This document shows, in pieces, positions 1 to 6,526 of a DNA stretch of 32,000 nt; the first letter of the stretch is position 1, and each line of letters begins with the position of its first letter. Source of the stretch: Candidatus Methylomirabilis oxygeniifera (GTDB lineage Bacteria; Methylomirabilota; Methylomirabilia; Methylomirabilales; Methylomirabilaceae); contig FP565575.1 in assembly GCA_000091165.1 (NCBI GenBank), positions 1,950,001 through 1,982,000 on the forward strand, in the 5' to 3' direction. Under the pieces are notes generated by a model. That model saw only the letters and a program-made list of their open reading frames with translations. It was not told where the DNA came from and ran no database searches. The translations under genes were made by a program, and so were the position numbers.

Positions 1-224
1 TCCAGGAAGTCCGGACTCTTGAGATGGGTATCACGATCACGCTCACCGCTCCAGAGACCCCGCGCATCGATCACCGCCTCGACGCGAGCCAAGGCGGGAG
101 CCTCCGGATCGAACTCGAGCATGCCGTGCACGTTCTTGAAGTGCCCCCGAACGTTTGTGACCATCATGTGTCGCACGCAGAACTCGGCGGCGGTATGTCC
201 AGGTTCGAACGTCCAGCGCTGCAT
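1..224 (-). CDS. YceI-family protein, N-terminal part (runs off left edge)
   Basis: Reverse-strand translation from ATG at 224: MQRWTFEPGHTAAEFCVRHMMVTNVRGHFKNVHGMLEFDPEAPALARVEAVIDARGLWSGERDRDTHLKSPDFL; matches the YceI pattern (FDPxHSxxxFxVRHMMVxxVRGxF...RDxHLxSxDF). Upstream GGAGGA (231-236 on minus). Open to the window edge, so absent from the ORF track. Confidence 0.8.
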   Translation of the reverse strand, partial: MQRWTFEPGHTAAEFCVRHMMVTNVRGHFKNVHGMLEFDPEAPALARVEAVIDARGLWSGERDRDTHLKSPDFL

Positions 225-437
225 CGAGCCTCCTCCTTTCCCAGCTCTTCCCGTCTCTTAGGCCCTACGATATACTTTTATTCCCGCAGTCATCGAACAC
301 ATCGAGGACCGCGACATCGAGGATTACCTCCTGCAAAGGAGCCCGCGCTTCCGCAAAATACTTGGCAAGGTCAAACGGGAACGTGGCTCCATGTCGCTGG
401 CCGAATACCGCAAGTCCCGGGGCGTCTGACCTCTTGT

Positions 438-524
438 CTGTAACGAATGGGGCGCAGGTCAGCGGTCGGCGGATGCACGAGCGTGCTCGCCTGGATGACT
501 GGCTGCTGCAACTGCGTTTTAGGG
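438..524 (-). other. Degenerate attC-like site (recombination site candidate)
   Basis: Minus strand: CCCTAAA-ACGCAGTTGCAGC...CGAG-CACG-CTCG...GCTGACCTGCG...GTTACAG. Imperfect outer arms CGCAGTTGCAGC/GCTGACCTGCG, central CGAG/CTCG stem; stop codon of the 519..920 gene lies in the R''-like box. Confidence 0.4.
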
Positions 525-920
525 TTGTTTTGATAGAAGCTCCTTGGCTGCCGCCGCGATTTCCTTTTTGTAAATTTCCTTAAACTCCGCGTAGTTCTTT
601 CGAAGCTCTGGGTGTTGTTGAAGTACATGCTCGACATCATCCTTAAGGCGAAATACAAATAACAGTATGTATTCCAACCAGATTTCGATTTCTACGTTCG
701 GCATACTGACTAGCTGACTAAGAAGACGCCGCGCGTGAGACCGCCGTAAGTTACCGAGGATAGTTTTCTCCGAGGACTTCATGGCGGGGTGGTCCTCTTC
801 ATAGACCTCCAACGTATCCAACGCTTTTTGCAGGGCACGGCACTTCTTAGCAGGGTCGGTTACCCGCTCGGCTTCTTCAAACTGAGTTCTCACCCTAAGT
901 AATTCCGAAGATAAATCCAT
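519..920 (-). CDS. Hypothetical helical protein (~133 aa)
   Basis: ORF track 519..983; ATG at 920 (MDLSSELLRVRTQFEEAERV...) preferred because codons upstream of it run through the attC-like stem at 938-1031. Confidence 0.6.
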   Translation of the reverse strand: MDLSSELLRVRTQFEEAERVTDPAKKCRALQKALDTLEVYEEDHPAMKSSEKTILGNLRRSHARRLLSQLVSMPNVEIEIWLEYILLFVFRLKDDVEHVLQQHPELRKNYAEFKEIYKKEIAAAAKELLSKQP

Positions 921-937
921 TGCGTTTCCCTCTACAA

Positions 938-1031
938 CCCTAATGACCGGCGCTGAGCGACCCGCGCCCACAGGCGCTCCCATGAAGAACTCGTCGCTTA
1001 TGTGGGAACTCGCTCCAGCGCCTAGTTGGGC
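938..1031 (-). other. attC-like site
   Basis: Minus strand: R'' GCCCAAC (perfect RYYYAAC), TA, L'' GGCGCTGGAGCGA, inner CCCACA...TGTGGG, L' TCGCTCAGCGCC (complementary to L'' except one extrahelical G), spacer, R' ATTAGGG (2 mismatches to GTTRRRY). Confidence 0.65.
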
Positions 1032-1040
1032 AGCAACCTC

Positions 1041-1580
1041 TCACTGCACATCGGACGGAGTAAAGAACATGTTCGTCGGACCACCGCAATTAATGTAGTA
1101 AGTGTTTGGCTTACTGGTGCTCTTGTCGCCATATTCGACGTGCGAGCACTTACCAGCGTTGAGGAACTTGATGGCACCCTTGTGAAGGACTAGGAGATCT
1201 TGTTCTGTGAGCCCGTACTCGCCTACTTTCGGAAAAGCGCCTTTGGCGATACGGGAATCACTAGACAACGACGGCTGGGGCAGCTCCGGAGGAGCTGTAG
1301 TCGATAGCCCAGTTGCAAGAACCCAGCGCGCGACCTTACCACTCTGCCCTTCCACGAAACCGTCGTAGAACTTCGAGACGCGCACCCAGCCACTCTTTAC
1401 TTCGAAGACCTCGACTTTTTGCCCGCGGTAGATCCGATTAGTCACGGGTGCGGTGGCGCTGGGACCGAGACGCACTTGAAGGACGGCCTCCTTAACGAAG
1501 TAGGTTCCGGGCTTGGTTGCCTGCGCGTAGGCGCTTGCCGAAGCGACTAGTAGCACACCGATGAGAATCAAAGCCTTCAT
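1041..1580 (-). CDS. Exported protein with bacterial SH3-like domain
   Basis: Signal peptide MKALILIGVLLVASASAYAQA; SH3b-like segment EAVLQVRLGPSATAPVTNRIYRGQKVEVFEVKSGWVRVSKF..GQSGKVARWVLATGL. Confidence 0.65.
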   Translation of the reverse strand: MKALILIGVLLVASASAYAQATKPGTYFVKEAVLQVRLGPSATAPVTNRIYRGQKVEVFEVKSGWVRVSKFYDGFVEGQSGKVARWVLATGLSTTAPPELPQPSLSSDSRIAKGAFPKVGEYGLTEQDLLVLHKGAIKFLNAGKCSHVEYGDKSTSKPNTYYINCGGPTNMFFTPSDVQ

Positions 1581-1605
1581 CTGACTCCTCCGTCACAACT
1601 TTGCC

Positions 1606-1704
1606 ACCCAACGGATGAATCACGGGCTGGCGCGACCACAGCGAAGGGCCGCGAAGCGGAGTACAAAATGTTTATCGCCGGTCCCGTGCATTCACTCGTT
1701 ATGT
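1606..1704 (-). other. attC-like site
   Basis: Minus strand: R'' ACATAAC (1 mismatch), GAG, L'' TGAATGCACGGG, variable region with CCGC-TTC-GCGG hairpin, L' CCCGTGATTCA (complement of L'' minus one extrahelical G), TCC, R' GTTGGGT (perfect GTTRRRY). Stop codon of the 1692..2489 gene falls inside the L'' arm. Confidence 0.75.
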
Positions 1705-2489
1705 AGTTTTCTTTCGTCGTTCCGCGGGCCTCCCAAAAGGTACTGCAGGATTTCATCCTTGTGATGCTCCCAAGTCAGTGGAGTAGCGTACACCTCCACG
1801 GGTAACCATGCTGGATGATCTACAATGACGCCGTCATAGACCGATGCCATGAAATTGATCGGCCGGTGTCCTATGAGTTGTCGGCGGTGAAGCGACTCTA
1901 GGAGTTGGCAGCCACTCTGGGAGATCCCTACTCCGATTAAGAGATGGTGATATTTCCGGATCCACGCTTTGGTAGATTGGGTGAGTGTGTTTAGAATACT
2001 GTCTTCTATTCTGCCTTTGGGTATCGCCGCAATCTTCTCGGGAGACATTCGAATCCAAATCTCTTGGTCTCCGGCTAGTTTGCCCCTCGACAGAGCGGAC
2101 AGAGAAAGGCCGCCAGATTGATGAATCGCACTAAGGAGTGCTGCTTCATCTTCGCTGAGGGCATCGGAAGGAGAAAGAAGATCGAACGGCTCGGGGTCAA
2201 AGCACCAGAGCCTATGGACCGCCCTCACAGGCACGCCGTTAACTTCATCTGTCTTTGCGTAACAAGCTACGATGAAATCCACCTTTGCGGGGTCATGACG
2301 GTGATACCTGAAGTTTATTGCGAACAGTTCGGCTTCGACTTTCGCGTCGCGACCATCCTCCATCACGACGACGTAGTCGGGACAGACTTCCTGCGATAAA
2401 ATGATCTTTCTGATGCCGAATTGAGATAGGCTCTTCTCGAACCAGCCGCGAAAATCTGCCTCGTTCGTGAAGACCACGGCCTTCTTCAT
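1692..2489 (-). CDS. Hypothetical protein with possible PD-(D/E)xK-like N-terminal segment
   Basis: 265-aa ORF with plausible start MKKAVVFTNE; internal CPDYVVVMEDGRDAKVEAELFAINFRYHRHDPAKVDFIVACY resembles a D...ExE nuclease-like core. Confidence 0.6.
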   Translation of the reverse strand: MKKAVVFTNEADFRGWFEKSLSQFGIRKIILSQEVCPDYVVVMEDGRDAKVEAELFAINFRYHRHDPAKVDFIVACYAKTDEVNGVPVRAVHRLWCFDPEPFDLLSPSDALSEDEAALLSAIHQSGGLSLSALSRGKLAGDQEIWIRMSPEKIAAIPKGRIEDSILNTLTQSTKAWIRKYHHLLIGVGISQSGCQLLESLHRRQLIGHRPINFMASVYDGVIVDHPAWLPVEVYATPLTWEHHKDEILQYLLGGPRNDERKLHNE

Positions 2490-2614
2490 ATCTCTTCCCC
2501 TTATTCAACGCCGAACGTTACAAATTCGGGCATGACGTGCAAGGAATCAGCGTGGGCAGCGTCCAGAACCGCCCTGTTCCGCCCCCTCCAGTTGGCTACG
2601 TCTTTGGTGTAAGC

Positions 2615-3013
2615 CTACTCAGCACGGAACATGTAGATGCCAATAATCTCGCCACTTACGGCTTCTTGCTGGCCGCTGGCCAGAAACTTGTCGCGACTCT
2701 CGCTGCCTGTGATTCGGTACACATAGCCAACGTGGTCTAGACGCCAACCTTCTTCTTCAATTGCCTGAATCGTTCGTGAGTAGTCACTCGTCTTAGTGCT
2801 GTCAGTGAATGCGCCAACCATTGCCACTGTGTACCCTTTGGTCCAGCTTAGAGGGACGTCGATCTGAAATATCTTCATCCCGGCGGCCTTTGCGGCGCGA
2901 GCTTGGCCGGCTGGGGAGGCCGCAAAGGCTTCGTCCCTTCTACGTTTCTCTTTCTCCAACCTCTGCCTCTCCTTTTCTGCTCGTTCTTCAGGGGTTGGGT
3001 TAAAGAAGCCCAT
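2615..3013 (-). CDS. Small conserved-looking hypothetical protein
   Basis: ATG at 3013 (MGFFNPTPEERAEKERQRLEKE...) preceded by GGGAGG; C-terminus with IEEEGWRLDHVGYVYR...GIYMFRAE. ORF track start (3058) extended upstream. Confidence 0.65.
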   Translation of the reverse strand: MGFFNPTPEERAEKERQRLEKEKRRRDEAFAASPAGQARAAKAAGMKIFQIDVPLSWTKGYTVAMVGAFTDSTKTSDYSRTIQAIEEEGWRLDHVGYVYRITGSESRDKFLASGQQEAVSGEIIGIYMFRAE

Positions 3014-3030
3014 CGTATATCCTCCCTTGA

Positions 3031-3315
3031 CTACGGATTCAGTTCTATGACGACACAACTATTATGTAGCCGCTTAAGTCCAGAGGTACACTGCATGGTG
3101 TATCTCATCCTAGCTACGTATCGGTCTCTCCTGGAAGCCTCCACGATGTCTACCATTTGTATTGCTTTGTCGAGGTCCAACCTGCCGGGGTGTACGGCGA
3201 AATTGCGCGGTGTATCCATCCAGATATCGGCCCGCTGTATGTCCTGATATCCACTCCCCAGGCTATGGGGCTTGGCGCGGAAGCGGTCATAACTGGTCAG
3301 CCGGGCTGGTGACAC
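3031..3315 (-). CDS. Possible small hypothetical protein
   Basis: Open frame of 94 codons with a GTG start; internal ATG (MDTPRNFAVHPGRLDLDKAIQ...) possible; ends 17 nt before the next start on the same strand. No recognised family. Confidence 0.3.
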   Translation of the reverse strand: MSPARLTSYDRFRAKPHSLGSGYQDIQRADIWMDTPRNFAVHPGRLDLDKAIQMVDIVEASRRDRYVARMRYTMQCTSGLKRLHNSCVVIELNP

Positions 3316-3348
3316 CCCTGCCGCCCCGCAGGTCGCCTGAAAACAGAA

Positions 3349-3383
3349 CGGCCCTTCGGGGCTTGAACTGCCCTGAAGGGCCG
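3349..3383. repeat. Strong hairpin (14-nt arms, 13 matched, 7-nt loop)
   Basis: CGGCCCTTCGGGGC-TTGAACT-GCCCTGAAGGGCCG. Confidence 0.6.
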
Positions 3384-3497
3384 CTATACCTACAACTCCA
3401 TCCAGACGTAAGAGCCTGACTTTGCACAGCCGTTTCCTCGCCGACTGCCAATGCGTTGCTCCTTTGCTTCACGGCGGAGGGGAGGAGCCGTCTAAGT

Positions 3498-3548
3498 GGC
3501 CGAATAGTAATATCCCCTGAGAAGTAACGTCAAGTGGAAAAACGAAAA
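3498..3548 (+). repeat. Direct repeat copy 1 (51 nt, 44/51 identical to copy at 4859)
   Basis: GGCCGAATAGTAATATCCCCTGAGAAGTAACGTCAAGTGGAAAAACGAAAA aligned without gaps to 4859..4909. Confidence 0.75.
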
Positions 3549-3757
3549 AGCTGCGGACTCCTTGACCTCTATATCGCCCTGTTGGCAAACTGTACTTCAA
3601 GGGAGGTGATGAGCGCTAGGGCAAAGATCACGACCCGGACACAGTTCCTACACCAACGCTCCTTCTTCTATAAGAATATCAACACGCCAGCATAACGATC
3701 CTGGATCTCACCGCCGATGACATCATCAAATTCGTAGGCAAATCCCATCCCTTGAGT

Positions 3758-3976
3758 CTACCGCCTCCGAACCTCACGTACGATTCTGACGATTTCGTCT
3801 GCGGTCATGTCTAAGTCCACCCCCTCAACATCAAGGGGTGACTCAGGCTTCGAGACGGGCGCGATCATAAATGCCGACCCATCTTTCCGTTTCACCAAGA
3901 CCCTTCCCTCGGATTTCGCCTTTTCCAGTACGGCCGCAAATTTCTGTCGAGCTTCTGAGAATGTGTATGTTGTCAT
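3758..3976 (-). CDS. Phd/YefM-family antitoxin
   Basis: MTTYTFSEARQKFAAVLEKAKSEGRVLVKRKDGSAFMIAPV...; start codon overlaps the toxin stop (ATGA on minus strand, 3973-3976). ORF track start (4024) is too far upstream. Confidence 0.8.
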   Translation of the reverse strand: MTTYTFSEARQKFAAVLEKAKSEGRVLVKRKDGSAFMIAPVSKPESPLDVEGVDLDMTADEIVRIVREVRRR

Positions 3977-4371
3977 GGCTCCACCTCGATCACGGCTGCT
4001 CCAGCGCTTCTGGCAGCACGGCAAAGATCTCGATCCAGCGTCAAAAGAGGACTCTTATGCTTCAGGGCACACTGGATAACGTAGGCATCATATGCGTAGA
4101 TGTCGAGATTGGCGGCCAGATCGAGGGCTTCCCCCAGTGGGATATCAATAAACTGAATCGGGATCTTGTCATATGCCCGTAACGCTGCCTTGGCCTGCCG
4201 CACGTTCATCCGTTTGCGTTTGAACATCGCTGAGAATGCATTGCCGATCTCCCACGGAATGGAAGCAGGGGCAATAAGTTCAGTGCCTTTGGTCGCTTCA
4301 ACCATCCGCCTCTTATGCTTTTCATTCGTCACAACGGCAATGATGGCAGAGGTATCTACAACAATGTTCAT
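3973..4371 (-). CDS. PIN-domain toxin (VapC-like)
   Basis: MNIVVDTSAIIAVV..., WEIGNAF, YDAYVIQCAL, LLTLDRDL (PIN acidic residues). ATG at 4371 with AAGGGAG upstream. Confidence 0.85.
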   Translation of the reverse strand: MNIVVDTSAIIAVVTNEKHKRRMVEATKGTELIAPASIPWEIGNAFSAMFKRKRMNVRQAKAALRAYDKIPIQFIDIPLGEALDLAANLDIYAYDAYVIQCALKHKSPLLTLDRDLCRAARSAGAAVIEVEP

Positions 4372-4382
4372 GGCGCTCCCTT

Positions 4383-4404
4383 TTATTGTACAATTGTACA
4401 ATAA
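4383..4404. promoter_or_regulatory. Perfect 22-bp palindrome, likely toxin-antitoxin operator
   Basis: TTATTGTACAATTGTACAATAA equals its own reverse complement; contains TTGTACAA twice; 11 nt upstream of the toxin ATG. Confidence 0.75.
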
Positions 4405-4449
4405 TATTAGCCTATGAGGACTGAAGGGGTCAACCTGTTCTTATCGTCC

Positions 4450-4532
4450 TGCTATCGGGGCTGCGGGTCAGCGGCAGGCGGATGCGCGAGCGTACTCGCG
4501 TGGACAACCGTCCGCTGCAGCCGCGTGATGGC
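4450..4532 (-). other. Degenerate attC-like element, core boxes eroded
   Basis: Minus strand: GCGGCTGCAGCGG...GCGAG-TACG-CTCGC...CCGCTGACCCGC with weak terminal boxes; 4466..4525 matches 457..516 at 48/60 positions. Confidence 0.35.
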
Positions 4533-4554
4533 CAGCGCAAAGCGCCGGGGCATG

Positions 4555-4569
4555 GGGACAGACACTATT
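4555..4569 (+). repeat. Inverted repeat left arm
   Basis: GGGACAGACACTATT; exact reverse complement at 4835..4849. Confidence 0.8.
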
Positions 4570-4834
4570 TATTGGAGATCTTTTCTTGGTCTTCCCCTCC
4601 CCTCTGCAACGCGCGTACTACTCGTCCCAGTTATCCTACTCATTTCCCCAGATGAACCCATCCCTTCTCCCGGTGGTCGCTCTGTCATCGTGTGCCTTCG
4701 AATCGCTGTCGTGCCGAAAGACCGCCTGGTGGTAATTCCTCATTGCGTCACATGATACGGGTGGCCGGGTGCAACGATTCGAGCAATCCGTGGCATGCAC
4801 GATCATGACCGCGAGCACCACAAATTGTTACAAT

Positions 4835-4849
4835 AATAGTGTCTGTCCC
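4835..4849 (-). repeat. Inverted repeat right arm
   Basis: AATAGTGTCTGTCCC; exact reverse complement of 4555..4569. Confidence 0.8.
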
Positions 4850-4858
4850 TATTTTTCG

Positions 4859-4909
4859 GGCCGCATAGTAAGATCCCCTGAGAAGCAGCGTCAAGCAGAA
4901 AAACGAGAA
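4859..4909 (+). repeat. Direct repeat copy 2
   Basis: GGCCGCATAGTAAGATCCCCTGAGAAGCAGCGTCAAGCAGAAAAACGAGAA; pairs with 3498..3548. Confidence 0.75.
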
Positions 4910-4995
4910 CGTACGTTGACTCGGGCTTGCCCATTTTGGTAGTCTGTGGGCGACAGAACCGTCTCAATCGAACGTCAAGGAGGATGCTGAGAACG

Positions 4996-5394
4996 ATGAA
5001 ACGATTCTTACAGTTGCTGGGAGAGATGAAGAGCTACCGACTGCCTACGGCCAAGCGGGCGCTGGAGGAACTGGCAGTAGACGACGAGCTGGTGATTGTC
5101 GTGCCCGAGCAAGCGTTGGCTGGGGAAATACAGCAGTGGGCCACCAGTCAGGGCCTCACTGTTGCCGCCCCGAAGAAGATGCTGGATGGATTAGCCCGGT
5201 TCCAACTATCAGTGAAAAAAGCTGCGCCTGCGCCTGCGCCTGCGGTAGAAGACAAGCCGGCTCCTACCACACCGGCGCCCGCCGCTTCAGGCGCGCCAAC
5301 CCCCGCGGCAGCGCCGACGCCTGCTGCAGGGCCAACGCCTCCAACCGCACCGGCCACCACCGCAGCGCCGGCCTCCGCCGGACCGACGGATTAG
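4996..5394 (+). CDS. Small protein, possibly TusA/SirA-like fold plus Pro/Ala-rich tail
   Basis: ATG at 4996 with AAGGAGG at 4977-4983; MKRFLQLLGEMKSYRLPTAKRALEELAVDDELVIVVPEQALAGEIQQWATSQGLTV..., then low-complexity PAPAPA/TPAPAAS tail. Confidence 0.6.
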   Translation: MKRFLQLLGEMKSYRLPTAKRALEELAVDDELVIVVPEQALAGEIQQWATSQGLTVAAPKKMLDGLARFQLSVKKAAPAPAPAVEDKPAPTTPAPAASGAPTPAAAPTPAAGPTPPTAPATTAAPASAGPTD

Positions 5395-5420
5395 AACAGT
5401 TGCGCGAACGTCATAATTCC

Positions 5421-5987
5421 TCACTCGACCACTATTCGTAGCTCTGAGAGCGTCTCAATCCACCTCAGCCGCTCCTGCTCATCCATTGGTGGACCTTTTT
5501 GCGTGTAGGTAATCCACCAAATGTTTGCTTTGGCGTACAGGATTCGCGCAATCTTATGTTGTACCGGATTTCGGTCGCAGTCCGCAACGTGGTATTCGTA
5601 AAGAAGATCGGCATCGCTTTTCTGGATGATGTTCCAGACCACCTTCGGACACTGCTTTACCTTGGACTCCTTCAGAGCATTCATCATGGCTTCCGGGCTG
5701 GCAGGGGATGAGTAGCTCCTCCGCACGTTAGAAAATGTGAAGCGACGCGTCCAAGCCTCAACGCCTTCCCCTTCCGGCACATAATAATCCGTCACCCATT
5801 CACCTTTGGCTTGCTTAGAGCCTGCATATTTCCAGGCCCCCTTATAATCCACTTCCGGGTTACTCGCCAACACGCTCGCTATAATCTCACGCCCAACTAC
5901 TCCATTAGATAGAAAGGTTTCTTTAGTAGCGCATGACGCCACAGCCAGTAACATCAGATACGTCACGATTCGTGACACCTTATTCAT
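5421..5987 (-). CDS. Hypothetical lipoprotein
   Basis: Lipoprotein signal MNKVSRIVTYLMLLAVASC; 188 aa. Confidence 0.7.
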   Translation of the reverse strand: MNKVSRIVTYLMLLAVASCATKETFLSNGVVGREIIASVLASNPEVDYKGAWKYAGSKQAKGEWVTDYYVPEGEGVEAWTRRFTFSNVRRSYSSPASPEAMMNALKESKVKQCPKVVWNIIQKSDADLLYEYHVADCDRNPVQHKIARILYAKANIWWITYTQKGPPMDEQERLRWIETLSELRIVVE

Positions 5988-6111
5988 ATTCGTACGCTCC
6001 TAGCAGGCCAGCAGCATAATGATCGTTCGACTACCCACAGAGGATCAACGGCTATGGCGTCATCGCGGACCGTCACGGTCCTCGCCCGAGCCTCGTGCAT
6101 CTCAACACGCG

Positions 6112-6507
6112 TCATTCAAGGTGCGCGCCGTGCTCTGCGAGCAGCGCCTTGAGGATCGAGCGGTGACAGCGGGCCTCGTCTGCGCAATAGCACCCCACGG
6201 AAAAGGCTGTATGCTGCGAAAAGGCAGCCAGGAGATTGACGAGTCGATTCGCGGCGGGCCGCTTCATCTCAGTCCGGTAGCGTCTGACAAACGCCCCCCA
6301 CTGCCGCTCATCCGGAGCGCTGAGCGCGATCTTGACGAGTTCTGCTGATGGCGCCAGTTCCGGCAGCCAGACGTCATAGAAGTTACGTGACGCGTATTCG
6401 CTCCTGAGCACTCCCCGAGGCGGACGCCGAACCGTACCCAGGCGCAGCCCCTCGCCGGGAATCCGAGGAGTGCCGAGTTGAACGACCCGTATCGCCATAA
6501 TCCTCAT
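6112..6507 (-). CDS. DUF488-family protein
   Basis: IRVVQLGTPRIPGEGLRLGTVRRPPRGV...YDVWLPELAPS...FVRRYRTEM...LLAAFSQHTAFSVGCYCADEARCHRSILKALL. Confidence 0.75.
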   Translation of the reverse strand: MRIMAIRVVQLGTPRIPGEGLRLGTVRRPPRGVLRSEYASRNFYDVWLPELAPSAELVKIALSAPDERQWGAFVRRYRTEMKRPAANRLVNLLAAFSQHTAFSVGCYCADEARCHRSILKALLAEHGAHLE

Positions 6508-6526
6508 TCTTCCGTTCTGCTCGCCC

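Noticed and set aside
24-443. Plus-strand ORF (139 aa)
   Set aside because: Its first half is antisense to the YceI-like gene; the apparent protein has no coherent domain.
371-658. Minus-strand ORF (95 aa)
   Set aside because: Overlaps the better-supported 519-920 gene in another frame and the attC-like element; no domain.
2510-2597. Possible attC in the gap between 2489 and 2615
   Set aside because: R-box-like ends (AGCCAAC/GTTCGGC on minus strand) and an 88-bp length fit, but I could not find complementary L arms; not listed as a feature.
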